Shown in pieces: positions 22,301 to 35,700 of a DNA stretch of 64,000 nt. Source of the DNA: Squalus acanthias (taxonomy: Eukaryota); NCBI GenBank assembly GCA_030390025.1, contig CM059432.1, forward strand, positions 149,670,001-149,734,000, in the 5' to 3' direction. The stretch's first letter is position 1, and the number at the start of each line of letters is the position of its first letter. Under the pieces are notes generated by a model, which searched no databases, was not told where the DNA came from, and was given only the letters and a program-made list of their open reading frames with translations. The translations under genes and the position numbers were made by a program.

Positions 22301-24419
22301 TTTTTTCTCTCCCGAACAATGCAGAAATTACATTTAATATACTAGAGCTTGTGGAGAGACTGCCTACTGATAGGAACATAGGAACAGGAGGAGGCCATTC
22401 AGCCCCTCGAGCCTAGTCCACCATTCAATGAGATCATGGCTGATCTGCGACCTAACTCCGTCTATTTTCTTGGTTTTATTTAGGTTCTCAGCTAATAGGA
22501 ATGAACAGCTCAAGTGCATTAATAATGCAGACAATAATTCCAATGCATCAAAGGATATCAACATAAACAGAGCAAAATATTCTGTGGCATGCAAAGCCTC
22601 CAGTCAAGGTGACAGTGTTACTGGGTTTCTCGTGGTAGAGATTGGTGTCAGACGGAATATCACAGTAAGTTTTCTGATTGTACACGCCAGGCCTGCCAGG
22701 AGGACATATCGGGCGGGTGCAGCACATCATTTCCCGTGTGTGCATGATTTTTTGACAGGTGCCAGGGGCCAAGTGATTGGAAAATCTACCTCACACTACA
22801 TTTAATCTAAGCAGCAACACAAACAAACACAATGTTACTGGGTTCATTCATCTCTAAACTGTCTTACCTCACCTACAATATTACTTGATCCTTTGCATCA
22901 AAACAGTAACACCAATTAGGCCGGTGAGAAGATTGATTTTCTGCCACGAGCTCCCATCCAGTTTTTAGTTATTGTTTGAATTTTGTGCTAGTCATGGAGA
23001 AGGAGTTTCCCCCTTTTTGTAGAATTAAACACTCCTCGTGGCAAACGGAGGGCTTCAAGCAAGCCCACGTTAGGCAGTCAGTATGGAGGACAAAAATCCC
23101 TCCAAAATAGCCTTCAGTTAGAGGGCCCTTAGCAACCACCAGAGTGAAAAGATTGGCATCCCATGAGTTTGTGACGGATTCAACCCTTGCCCCTAAAGGT
23201 GAAGGGACAGTATTTTACCCACTTCAAAAATAAAATATCGATTTATTATTTTAATTTAGCTGCAAAATCAATGCTGCTCATACACTATCGCCACGGGTCT
23301 TCATTGTAAAGCTATTTAATTGCGTAATTAGCTATGTAGCAATCTCACATTTAAAATTTTATAAATCTTAATTTCAAATTAGCTGAAAAAAGATAAATAA
23401 ATAATTGAGCTCACATCATCATCTTACATGGAGCAGTGTCTAGCTGTATTCGTACAGCAGCTGAAATATGCAACAACAGACACGACACATTTTATTGTAT
23501 TAACGACCCTTTTTAATTCAGGCTCCCACATGCATGATGGCCTGATGATGGCTGATTATCATCAAGCACTGAAACATTTATCAAGTCAGCGCTAGGTTTT
23601 GTATTTCAAGCCACTGTGATGGCAAACATTTCACTCCGGTACGATGCGGACATTTGGCATGTTCTTTCAATGACAGGTCTGATCGCTTGCCTTGCCAGCT
23701 GCCTTTCACTTACAAAACACAACTTTTGCTATTTTGATAAAAAATTTAAACGATCAGCTTCTAAATGTCAGTGCAATGAAACACTATACTGCGCACATAA
23801 TGTTCAGGCAATCCAATCTCGCACCAGTGCTTTTAAATGAATGATGTGCCTTCAGTTACATTGTTTTAACATTTCCCCCCCCCGTTCCCCTGAAGGTATT
23901 GATTCCTTGCTGGAATGTGGCTCTAGGGACACTGGTCAACCTCTGGTAGCTTCTCCAATTGGCCACTGTTAACATGTGATCCTTGCCAGCAAGGGTTGGC
24001 CGGCTTGTTGACTGCTGGAGGCATCACAGCTGAGCCGGAGCCTGTCCTCAGCTGAAGTCCGCAATCGGACTCGCGGGACAACAAACACTGGCCGATTCTC
24101 CCTTCCCTAACTTAGGAGTGCAGAGGCCAGCTGTGGGGCCCCTACACTGGCCCTGGCTGAGATCACTAACTTAGCACAAACCAGGGACCTTCCCAGCCTG
24201 TACGGCCCACCCACTCACTGCCTTAACTGACTCTGGCACCTGGGAAGAATTCTTTAACAAACTGTTGCTTGATATTAATGTCATACCCAAGTTGCTTTTG
24301 ACATAATGAATATAAAAAACGGGTCCCACTGTCATACCAACCGCACAGTGTGCTACACCGAGTCTTCTGGGAAAGGCTTTCAGATTACAATTTCTAAAGC
24401 TGGTTTTATTTATTTTTTA

Positions 24420-24785
24420 TTATTTGTTCACAGGATGTGGGCGTCACTGGCAAGGCCGGCATTTATTGCCCATCCCTAATTGCCCTTGAGAAGATGGTGG
24501 TGAGCAGTTAAGAGTCAACCACATTGCTGTGGGTCTGGAGTCACATTTAGGCCAGACCGGGTAAGGACAGCAGATTTCCTTCCCTAAAGGACATTAGTGA
24601 ACCAGGTGGGTTTTTATGACAATCCGGTAGTTTCATGGTCACCGTTTTTATTCCAGATTTATTTCATTTACTGAATTTAAATTCCCCAGCTGCTGTGGTG
24701 GGATTTGAATTCATGTCTCATGAATAATTAGTCCAGACTTCTGGATTACTAGTCCAGTAACATAACCACCATGCTACCGTACCCC
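24420..24785 (-). mobile_element. tRNA SINE with LINE-B tail
   Basis: Reverse-complement match to 8916-9260. Confidence 0.75.
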
Positions 24786-25481
24786 TAAATTTATCCGGTT
24801 AATCTAAATTATGAGTGGAGGGTATCTACTTAAATTAAAGGAGTTTCCAAATAAGAAAATCCGTTTGCAGATTTATGACAGAACAGCTACACTAGTTCTT
24901 GTTGTCTTTATAGGTGGGCAGGTTAGGATCTATACTTAGATCTCCAACTGTGTCAATTAACCTCCAGCTGTGGCCACTTTCAGTCTAAAACTAGTCTACA
25001 ATGCCAGCCTTCACCAACATGCCTTTGCATTCCCTTCCATATTCCATACTGCCGGGAGAGGTTTGCACTAGTATTTCTCATGGGCCCCTGTCCCCCGGCA
25101 ACCCGAAAAGTCCCTTCCCCCCACCCCGGGTGATTTTCCCAGATTCTTTTAAACAAACAGTTGTTACAGTACATTAACCTCTTTCAGGACCGTATTGGTT
25201 TTTCTAGGCCAGAGTGAAAAAATACGATTGGCTTTGTAGAAAGAATGTTATGAATTGAGAAACACTCTACAGTCCTGTCACTTTTGTTTTCGAATTATTT
25301 ACCATTAACGTGTTCCATAAAATCATTTTATTTTATTTTTTTCCAAACTGTTACGTGATGGAAAATCTGTGCAGATTTTAAAAGCTGCAAAGCTCAATCA
25401 GTCCTGAAGGGATTAATCTCTGGGCCCACAGTGTTGGGTCTGTTGCTATGGTAACCGTATTATATACACAGTGCTGCTTAC

Positions 25482-25582
25482 CAGTTTGCCCATGCAACGC
25501 TGCTGTTCAACGCCGTCAATGCATTTGTGATGGATGCTCATCTTACAAGCCTTGCAGCGCAGCCCAAGTTTGGCATTGGTGC
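25482..25582 (-). CDS. STAC: STAC coding exon (second half of C1 zinc finger)
   Basis: ttgacag|GC...AAACTG|gtaag; 101 nt, phase 1 to 0; (G)TNAKLGLRCKACKMSIHHKCIDGVEQQRCMGKL. With the previous exon it supplies all eight His/Cys C1 ligands. Not in the ORF track. Confidence 0.95.
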
Positions 25583-26129
25583 CTGTCAAATGCATATGCA
25601 TCACTAGTCAAATCAATATTTTCCACATATCCCGTAGGCAATTAAGTGATCTGAACGAACAGAGAGTGCATTTAATGGCTAATATTCACCTTAAGCTAGA
25701 CCAGTTCAGACCAATGGAAATAAATAACAATTGAACCCTCTTAAAACCAGGTCAGGCTTGATTTTTTTTTCGCTGTTAAGTGATTATTTTCTCTCTTTGT
25801 TCAGCAGTCTCTTGGTTTCTGTTAACATTGCCTTTTAATCCGCACTAGAATTACATAGAATATGCAATACAGGAACAGACCATTAAACCCAACCAGTTTT
25901 GTGTTGTGATTAGCCTCTATGTGAGCAGCAGTGCTAATCCCATGAGCCTGCCCTGTTCCCATATCCTTTTATTTTCTTTTTCCTTCAAACACCTATCTAA
26001 CCTATTCTTAAATGTTGACAAGGTCTCTGCTTCAATCACTAACTCTGGTAAGCGCATTACACAGCCTCTCAACTCAATGTATACAAAAACGTTTCTCCTG
26101 CTATCTGTCCTAAATCTCTTAGGCTTCAT

Positions 26130-27440
26130 TTTTTAAAATTCGTTCATGGGATGTGGGCATCGCTGGCAAGGCCAGCATTTATTGCCCATCCCTAATTGCC
26201 CTTGAGAAGGTGGTGATGAACCACCTTCTTGAACCGCTGCAGTCCGTGTGGTGAAGGTACTCCCACAGTGCTGTTAGGGAGGGAGTTCCAGGATTTTGAC
26301 CCAGCGACGATGAAGGAACGGTGATATACTTCCAAGTCAGGATGGTGTGTGACTTGGAGGGGAACTTGGAGGTGGCGGTGTTCCCATGCGTCTGCTGCCC
26401 TTGTCCTTCTAGGTGGTAGAGGTTGCGGGTTTGGGAGGTGCTGCCGAAGAAGCCTTGGCGAGTTGCTGCAGTGCAGCTTGTAGATGGTACACACTGCAGC
26501 CACGGTACGTCGGTGGTGGAGGGAGTGAATGTTTAAGGTGGTGGATGGGGTGCCAATCAAATGGGCTGCTTTGTCCTGGATGGTGTCGAGCTTCTTGAGT
26601 GTTGTTGGAGCTGCACTCATCCAGGCAAGTGGAGAGTATTCCATCCCACACCTGACTTGTACCTTATAGATGGTGGAAAGGCTTTGGGGAGTCAGGAGGT
26701 GAGACAGTCGTCACAGAATACCCATCGTCTGACATGCTCTTGTAGCCACAGTACCTATGTGGCTGGTCCAGTTAAGTCCAGGATGTTGATGATGGGGTTT
26801 CGGCGATGGTAATGCTGTTGAATGTCAAGGGTCGGTGGTTAGCCTCTCTCTTGTTGGAGATGGTCATTGCCTGGCACTTGTGTGGTGCGAATGTTACCCG
26901 CCACTTATCAACCCAAGCCTGGATGTCATCCAGGTCTTGCTGCATGTGGGCATAGACTGCTTCATTATCTGAGGAGTTGCAAATGTAACTGAACACTGCA
27001 ATCATCAGCGAACATCCCCATTTCTGACCTTATGATGGAGGGAAGGTCATTGCTGAAGCAGCTGAAGATGGTTGGGCCTAGGACACTGCCCTGAGGAACT
27101 CCTGCAGCGATGTCCTGGGGCTGAGATGATTGGCTTCCAACGACCACTGCCATCTTCCTTTGTGCTAGGTATGACTCCAGCCAGTGGAGAGTTTTCCCCC
27201 TGATTCCCATTGACTTCAGTTTTACTAGGGCTCCTTGATGCTACACTCGGTCAAATGCTGCCTTGATGTCAAGGGCAGTCACTCTCACCTCACCTCTGGA
27301 ATTCAGCTCCTTTGTCTATGTTTGGACCAAGGCTGTAATGAGATCTGGAGCCGAGTGGTCCTGACGGAACCCAAACTGAGCATCGGTGAGAAAGTTATTG
27401 GTGAGTAAGTGCTGCTTGATAGCACTGTCAACGACACCTT
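26130..27440 (-). mobile_element. LINE family B RT/3' fragment inserted in an old CR1 (25860-26130, 27440-27530)
   Basis: AGVPQGSVLGPTIFSCF, MFADD, MEYSPLAWMSAAPTTL; probable TSD tcttaggctt/tcttagactt. Confidence 0.85.
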
Positions 27441-28149
27441 CTTAGACTTAATCTCATATCCATGTTCACAGATTCTAGACCTCTCAATGGTTGGAAACAG
27501 TCTGTCCCTTCTCTTCATAATTTTAAGCACCTCTGTGTAGGTCTGAACTGGTCTGATTTGCCCTAGCCAAGCCTATCTGCAGAGAAGCATTGAGCTCTGC
27601 TTGCCATCTCCCGATCATGACAAGACCTGGAGGTATCATGGCCATGAACCGATTTCTTACCATGTCTTGTTACAATTCATTGGAGCGTAACAAGCTCTAC
27701 AACAGAGGGGGAAATATATATTTTAAATATGGTGTGATCTTGCTGGGTTTTAAATCATTAATGTTCACTGGAGACCCTGTTAAGCAAATGGAGCTACATT
27801 TTTCAACAGTGCAAGTATTAATGTAATAATCACATGTAGTGATGAATTTCTGTCAATAGATGTCGTCAGTACTACATTTCATAAATATGGAGTGTTCTTT
27901 AAACATGCTTTACAATCCCTAAATAGTAGCTCGGAGCCGAAATAAAACTAAATTGCAGATATTCCTACACCACGATAGTCATCAAGCGTCAGAAGTCATC
28001 TTTCATTACTCACTGTTTAAATGAGGATTCTGGCTCCATATCAAGTCTTCAATACTTCTAAACATTTAAAACCCATCACCAACATAGTTTTTGTGCAGCA
28101 TGTTAGAAACTGCTTAACATATTTAGGTGGAATTCTTCTGTTTGTTATT

Positions 28150-28960
28150 TTAGCAACAGGTTAACAACCAACATAGATTAAGTGGGTGGGTAAAACTATG
28201 GCAGATGGAATTCAATGTGGGAAGATAAATCGGAGTATTTTCTAAAGGGTGAGAAGCTAGCAACTGTACAGGAGCAGAGAGATTTGGGAGTCCAAGCACA
28301 CAAATCATTTAAAGCTAGTAGACAGGTACAAAAAGCAATCAAAAGGGCTAATGGAATCTTGGCCCTTATCTCGAGGGGGCCGGGATACAAAGGGGAGGAA
28401 GTGATGCTGCTGTTGTACAGAGCCTTGGCCAGACCCATCTGGAGTTCTGGGCATCTCACCTCAGGAAGGATATATTGGCTTTGGAGGGGATACAGCGCAG
28501 ATTCACCAGAATGATACCGGGGGCTTAGTGGGTTAGATTTTGAGGACAGGTTGCGTAAACTTGCTGTGTATTTCCTCAAGTATAGAAGATTGAGGGCAGA
28601 TCTGGTGGTGGTGTTCAAAATATTAAAAGGGTTTGATAGGGTAGATATAAAGAAACTATTTTTCTCTGGTGGGGAAATCAAGAACGAGGGGACATAATCT
28701 TAAAATTAGAGCCGGGTCATTAAGGAGCAAAATCAGGAAGCACTTTTTCACAGAAAGGGCAGCAGAAATCTGTCTTCCCCCAAAAGGTTTTGGATGCTGG
28801 GACAATTGGAGCTTCCAAGACCAATGATCAATAAGACTAGAAGTGTACCGAGGGATATGGAGCCAAGGCGGGTAAATGGAGTTGAGGTACAGATTAGCCG
28901 TGATCTAACTGAATGCTGGAGCAGGCTCGAGGGGCTGAATGGCCTCCTCCCGTTCCTCGG
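28150..28960 (+). mobile_element. CR1 3' fragment
   Basis: QEQRDLGV, KAIKRANGILA, LYRALARP; CR1 3' UTR. Confidence 0.85.
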
Positions 28961-29180
28961 TTAAGGATGCTGTTTAGTACAGGAATTTCACTCGAATTGG
29001 CAGGGGTCAGATATAGGGAAAGCCAAGCTCAGTGAACCAAGAGTGAAAAGATTCATATTAACAAAAACCTTATGAACTAGCGAGAAACAGAACTCATTAA
29101 TAGGCAAAAAAATATATAATTTTCAGTTGGAGTTTAGCTCCTTTACTGAAATATTTTCTTTTGGGAATAAGGTGATATTT

Positions 29181-29303
29181 CATGTGGAATGCAACTTTCA
29201 CAGCTTAACTGCACCGAGTAACATGTGGAATGCAACTTTCACAGCTTAACTGCACCGAGTAACATGTGGAATGCAACTTTCACAGCTTAACTGCACCAAG
29301 TAA
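29181..29303. repeat. 41-bp tandem repeat x3
   Basis: CATGTGGAATGCAACTTTCACAGCTTAACTGCACCGAGTAA at 29181, 29222 and 29263. Confidence 0.9.
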
Positions 29304-29829
29304 CTTTGTTTGGTGTCATGTTTAACCCAAATGTATTATTGCTGCATAAATTAATTTCACAAGCGAACATTTTATAAAACCGCTGTACTGTGCTTCCACC
29401 AATATCCAGATGTTGAAACCACAGGGCTTCGGGATTTTAAATCCTGGATGCCGGGCACAATGCCTGCCTTTTAACTCTGCAAACCTCAAGAGGAACAATA
29501 CTGATCAAAACCTGCTTGGTTTTTGAACCATTAGGTTGGCGGACCTGAGAACATAGAGCATTCTTATTAAAGTGCTCCCAATACTAAATATTGACTCATT
29601 TAATATTCTTACAATGCTGTTTTGGTGTTATCGGCACTTGCATTAGAAGTTTTATTCTTGCATTGCCTGTGAAAATGGTTATATTCAGTGTAGCTGAACA
29701 CTGCAAAGTATCAATTGAAGGATGGGTAATACCTGTTAATAACAGTTATTCACCAGAGAGTCATCTCTATAATCATAAAGATTATCAATATGCCTGCACA
29801 CTTCATTGCACAAGAACGATCTTGCTTAC

Positions 29830-30103
29830 CAACGATCATGTGGTTGCAGGTATCGCAGAAGGTTGGTTTCTTGAAGATGTGTTCCAGGAAGGAATGTGTC
29901 CTGTTCTCAGACTGTCTCTGGGTTTTGGTTGGGGTGGAGGTTTGACTTTCCGACAGTGGGAGCTGTCCGGTGCTGGAACTGACTCCAGGCAGCAGCTCCA
30001 CCTGCAGCTTTGTCTCACTGCTTGTCCGCTGGAAGAAGTTCTCCGCACTTTTACTCCGCAGACCTTTGGTCTTGAAGGACAGGGAACGCTTTAGCTTCTG
30101 CAG
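29830..30103 (-). CDS. STAC: STAC coding exon (probable exon 2; N-terminal region and first half of C1 domain)
   Basis: Acceptor ttgcag|CTG and donor GTTG|gtaag on the minus strand; 274 nt, phase 0 to 1. Translates LQKLKRSLSFKTKGLRSKSAENFFQR...HSFLEHIFKKPTFCDTCNHMIVG, recognisably vertebrate STAC1 (LQKLKRSLSFKTKSLRSKSADNFFQR...FKKPTFCDVCNHMIVG). Confidence 0.95.
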
Positions 30104-32725
30104 CTGCAATTGAACGGAAAAGGTGTTTAAGTAGATGAGAGACATGACGAGGATGAGGGAAAGATTGGACGTCTAGCTGTGGTTGTGTTGAGTCCCAAGA
30201 GCTCCAGCTTTGTGTCGGATAGAGTATGTAGGGTTACTTTAGCCGAGCTACTTTTGAAACTGTATCCTTGGAAAATACTGCAGAGATCAGATTTCTGGCC
30301 TTTCATTGTTTGTGACCAATTAATAACACAGTGCTGTCAGGGGCCTAGCATAGACACAGACAAATATTGTTTGTATATGCTTAAAACAATTCTCAGCAAT
30401 TTCCTCCCCTCCCCTCCCGAAGGTATTTGCTACGAGAGCCTGTTACCCTCTGATGACTTGCTGAAAGGCTGTTATTTATGTGTTCGCCTAAATGGTGAGT
30501 GGCGACATGCTATTCAGCAGTGACAGGCATCACTTCCAAGCCAGATTCCGTCGCTACCCGATGTCTACAAACATTAACTTCCAGCAGGAGTCACTGGGCA
30601 GCGATAAGGAACAGAACCCCAGCCAACATCCCCCTCCCCAAACCAAACCCACTGAGGCTAACTAGTACCGCTCTCTCTGACTCTGGGGAGACTGGCTTCT
30701 TACTTTCTGGGTTTTCATTCAGATGTTTTTCTCCTGTTCAGCATCACAGTTCATTCCTGTAAGTGAGGCAGAATATATCGGCCGGATTTTGCTCTGAGCA
30801 ACGAACGAACGGTGCCAGACGTTCGACGGGATTTTTGCACTGGAAGTTACTGTAAATTAAAGAGAGCCAAACAGCGCAACGCCCTCCACACAGCAGCTGG
30901 GACCTATGTGAACAGGGCAAGCAACTGTTGCGTCTCCTCAACCAGAATGAAGAATCGTCAGTGAGCAGCGTAGTGTCTGAACCGGGATGTGTCAGTTAGA
31001 ATATTTAAATCAGTGACCAAAAAAAAAGGTACAGAAAGCAAAATAAAGAGAGGGAACGAAAGATAGGATTAAGAGAGAGAGACAAAAGAGACAGAAAGAA
31101 AAAGTAAAAACAATATCAGAGCAATTGATATTCTTCTGAACAAAGGAAAGGTTGCAATGAAAACATTAGAATATTAATGTCTTCCTGACTCATCTGACAG
31201 ACAGTTAGGCCCCGATTCTAACTGTCCTCGCCTGGTGGAAACTGGGGGTGGGGGGAGGGAGGGCAGTTAATATAAAGCGAGTCACCGACCCTCTCTGATC
31301 CCACTGCCTTCTCGCCAGACCCTGATATTAACCTGCCCTATTGAGCAGGCGAGCAGGACACCCCCAGGAAGGAAGCGGGGTCCTACTTGATGTCATCAGG
31401 ACCCGATCTGCAATTTTAGTTGGAGGTCTGAGCCGGGGGGGGGGGGTGGGGGGGGGGGGCAGTGACGGCTTTCCTGTCAGACAAACCTGTCAGGAGCTGG
31501 ATCGTGGGCCAGAAGAGGCCCAGAAGATGCGTTTTTAAGGTTTTATTTTAGATTTCCGTGAAGGGGAGAAGTGCTTCTCCAGAACTCACACGAAAGCCTT
31601 GGGCCTTCCCTTGCGTCAGGCTACCGCCCTCACGATCTTTGACAGATCCTTCCCTGCCCCCACCCTGCTTCCAACCCTGCCAAGAGACTTCTCCCCCGTC
31701 CCGATCCTGCCCAGGGCCTTCCCTTCCCTCCCCCCCCCCACCCCTCTGATTGCCAAGGACCGTTCACATGGAGAGTAAAATAAGGCAGGGTGTAAAACCA
31801 GCGTTGTGCCCAATCCCATCAGCCTCCCGATGGGCGGGTTAGGTTAACATTGCCCTCATTCTGTCTGTTGGATATCCAGCCAAGCTGGCTTGTTACAGTA
31901 AACCCAATTTAAATAGACTAGCAAAGAAAAAGTCAGCTTTCTTTTGATATGAAATGTGATGAAATTCTCCACCTGTCACAAGGCTAATTTACTAAAGAAT
32001 AAGCATCAAGCCTGGGAACTTGCTCATCTGCTTGGGTCAGATAAACTCGCTCTTTCTCAAAATTTTAAATTTTCGTTGGATGTGGAATTGCTTCATCATT
32101 GTGCACGCCCATAAACTGCACAACCTCTATGGTTCTACTAGGGAGAGAAAACAGGGCAGGGGGATTAGTTTTGGATTGTTTCAGCAAAGACTCAACACAG
32201 GCACAGTGGTCCCCCCTTTCCTGTAATAAATTTCGATCATGATCAGGAAAGTACCTGGGCCCTAGAAATCTGTGGGGCAGCCCATCTTGATGCTCACTCC
32301 GCATCTCCAGAAAGTCTGGTACGAGTGCTCGGGTCAGTGGGCGTTGGCCTTCCCAGCCCCCAGGAACAAAGTTCAGCTGCTCCAAGCCCCTTCCTCACAA
32401 ATGGGGCCATTTAAAAAAAAAAACCTCAGTGCCTAATCTTTGGGTGGGTCTCCCTCGTGATTCTGGCCTGGACCATCACGTGGTCCCCACAACCACTAGT
32501 GGGTCAGCCGATACACCTGCTTCCACACTCTCGCCACTCTGAGTAAAGGAGTTCCTCCTGAATTCTTTATTGGATTTATTAGTGACTATCTTCTACACAC
32601 GGCTCCTAGTTTTGGACTCCCACATAAGTGAAAACATCTTCTCTATGTCTAACTGATTGAACCCCCTCATAATTTTGAAGAGCACTATTCGGTCATCGCT
32701 CAGTCTTTTCTTTTCTAGAGACAAG

Positions 32726-35700
32726 GGGCATAAAATTTGGATCTGTAGCGCCCGTTTTTTAGGCGCTACGAGGTCCAAGATGATGACCGCGGCGCGGGCG
32801 CACACGTCTGGTGGGAGTTGAGCGTCCGCTGGAGGTATGTAGAGTCGGCAGTTCATGACGTCAATCAGTGTCTAACGCTGATTTGATGCCAGCGCCGCCA
32901 TTTTGGAGCTCAACGCTCCCGCTAATGCCCTCTCTTAAGCTCACATGGCTGAACATATGTTCAGCAGGAACAACCCCACACCAGCACGATATCAAGGGAT
33001 CATCACCTACTTACAGGCTAGTTGTTGGCTGATTTCTTCTGGTGGTTGCTATGATTCTACAAGTGTTTGGTGCTTTCTATAGTTGTTTAAAGTTGCTAAA
33101 GTCTACAGGGAGTGGTGTGGCAGGTGCTGAAGGACTTCGGCCTGACTTCAAGGCTTCTGCAAAAACCACTTGCTGACAATCATGGGTGCACTAGTAGAAA
33201 TTACCCTTGGAATACAGCATGACTGGGAGAGTGAGCAGAGGGCACACAGAGCAGGACAAACTGCTGGAAGGCGAGGGAGAAGGGCTCTCAGCAAGGGGCC
33301 ATATCCGCCCAGGGTGTTCAGGGAGCAATTCTCCGACCTGAACCTCAGCGAGGAACAATGTGTGAGACGTCTCCGCTTCAGTAAGGGCGTCCTCACTGAA
33401 AGCTGCCACCTGATGCAGCCACAACTGCAACCTCAGAGCAGGGCGAGGACCGCACTGCCAGTGGCTGTGAAGGTGACCGTGGCGATGAACTTTTATGCGT
33501 CGGGCTCCTTCCAGGATGGAGCAGGAGATATTTGCAGTTTACTGTTGCGTAAGGGAGGTCACTGAGGCTCTGTATTCAAAGAGAGCCAACTACGTTTCAT
33601 TCTCTCTTGGCAGAGAGCAGCAGGCGGAGCGAGCACACAGCTTCACTGGGATTAAGAACATAAGAAATAGGAGCAGGAATAGGCCACTCGGCCCCTCGAG
33701 CCTCCTCCGCCATTCAATAAGATCATGGCTGATCTTGGGCTCAAATCCACATCCCCGCCCACTCCCCATAACCCTTCACTCCCTTATCTTGCAAAAATCT
33801 GTCTATCTCCACCTTAAATATATTTAATGACCCAGCCTCCACAGCTCTCTGGGGCAGAGAATTCCACAGATTTATGACCCTCTGAGAGAAGAAATTCCTC
33901 CTCATCTCAGTTCTAAAAGGGCAACCCTTTATTCTAAAACTGTGTCCCCGCGTTCTAGATTTCCCCACGAGGGGAAACATCCTCTCTACATCTACCCTGT
34001 CAAGCCTCCTCAGTATCTTATATGTTTCGATAAGATCACCTCTCATTCTTCTAAACTCCAGTGAGTATAGGCCCAGCCTGCTCAACCTTTCCTCATAAGT
34101 CAACCCCCTCATCTCTGGAATTAACTTAGTGAATCGTCTCTGAACTGCCTCCAATGCAAATATATCCTTCCTTAAATAAGGAGACCAAAACTGTACGCAG
34201 TACTCAAGGTGTGGTCTCACCAATACCCTGTACAGTTGTAGCAGGACTTCCCTACTTTTATACTCCAACCCCTTTGAAATAAAGGCCAGCATTCCATTTG
34301 TCTTTTTCATTACTTGCTGTACCTGCATGCTAACTTTTTGTGTTTCATGCACAAGGACCCCCAGGTCCCTCTGAACTGTAGCATTTTGTAATCTCTCTCC
34401 ATTTAAATAATAATTTGCTTTTTTATTTTACCTGCCAAAATGTATAACCTCGCACTTTCCCACATTATACTCCATCTGCCAAATGTTTGCCCACTCACCT
34501 AGCCTGTCTATATCCCTTTGCAGGTTCTTTGAGTCCTCTGCACAACTTGCTTTCCCACCCATCTTTGTATCATCCGCAAACTTGGCTACATTACACTCGT
34601 TCCCTTCATTCAAGTCATTAATGTAGATTGTAAATAGTTGAGGCCCCAGCACCGATCCCTGTGGCACCCCATTAGTTACCGTTTGCCAACCGGAAAATGA
34701 CCCATTTATCCCGACTCTCTGCTTTCTGTTCGTTAGCCAATTCTCTATCCATGCGAATATATTACCCCCAACTCCGTGAGCTCTTATCTTATGCAGTAAC
34801 CTTTTATGTGGCACCTTATCGAATGCCTTCTGGAAATCAAATACACCACATCCACTGGCTCACCCTTATCCACCCTGCTCGTTACCTCCTCAAAGAACTC
34901 CAGCAAGTTTGTTAAACATGATTTCCCTTTCATAAAACCATGCTGACTCTGCTTGACTGCATTATGCTTTTCCAAATGGCCTGCTACTGCTTCCTTAATG
35001 AAGGACTCCAGCATTTTCCCAACGACAGATGTTAGGCTAACTGGTCTATAGTTTCCTGCTTTCTGTCTCCCTCCTTTCTTAAATAGGGGTGTTACATTTG
35101 CGGGATTGCAGGCTTCCCGATGGAGCAGGGTGCCATTGACTGCACGCACGCTGCTTTTCGGGCCCCGCATGTCAACTCTGCCACATACTAGAACCGAAAG
35201 GGATTCCACTCACTCAACGTCCAGCTGGTGTGCGACCATAGGCAGTGAATCACGCAGGTCCATGCCCGGTATCCTGGCAACAGTCATGATGCCGTCATTC
35301 TGCGGCAGTCCGCTGTGCCATCTGCGTTTGATCCACCACGGCAAACCAAAGGGTGGCTACTGGGCGACAAGGGTTATCTGCCGACAACATGGCTGATGAC
35401 TCCGGAGTGCACCCCACGCACACGTGCGCAGCATTCATACAATGAAAGCCATGCTGCCCCACAATATGTGATAGAGCAGACCATTGGTGTGCTGAAACTA
35501 CGCTTCCGCTGCTTGGACCACTCTGGAGGAGCTCTGTAGTACTCACCAGAGCGGATTTCAAGATTCGTGGTGGTCTGCTGCATTCTGCACAACCTCGCCA
35601 TCATGAGGGCAAAATCCTCGCCACCAGTTATACAGTGACCAGCTGCGGAGCAGGAGCATGAGGAGGAGGAAGAGGAAGGGAGGAGGCAACCTAGACAGGC

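Noticed and set aside
29181..29303. CRISPR-like 41-bp repeats
   Set aside because: Head-to-tail with no spacers and no cas genes.
31208..31856. Further GC-rich MITE-like blocks (also about 7240-7750, 10950-11490, 14660-15100, 16370-16900, 36821-37250)
   Set aside because: Harbinger-like ends are suggestive, but TIR pairs and TSDs could not be fixed by eye, so they are not listed as features.
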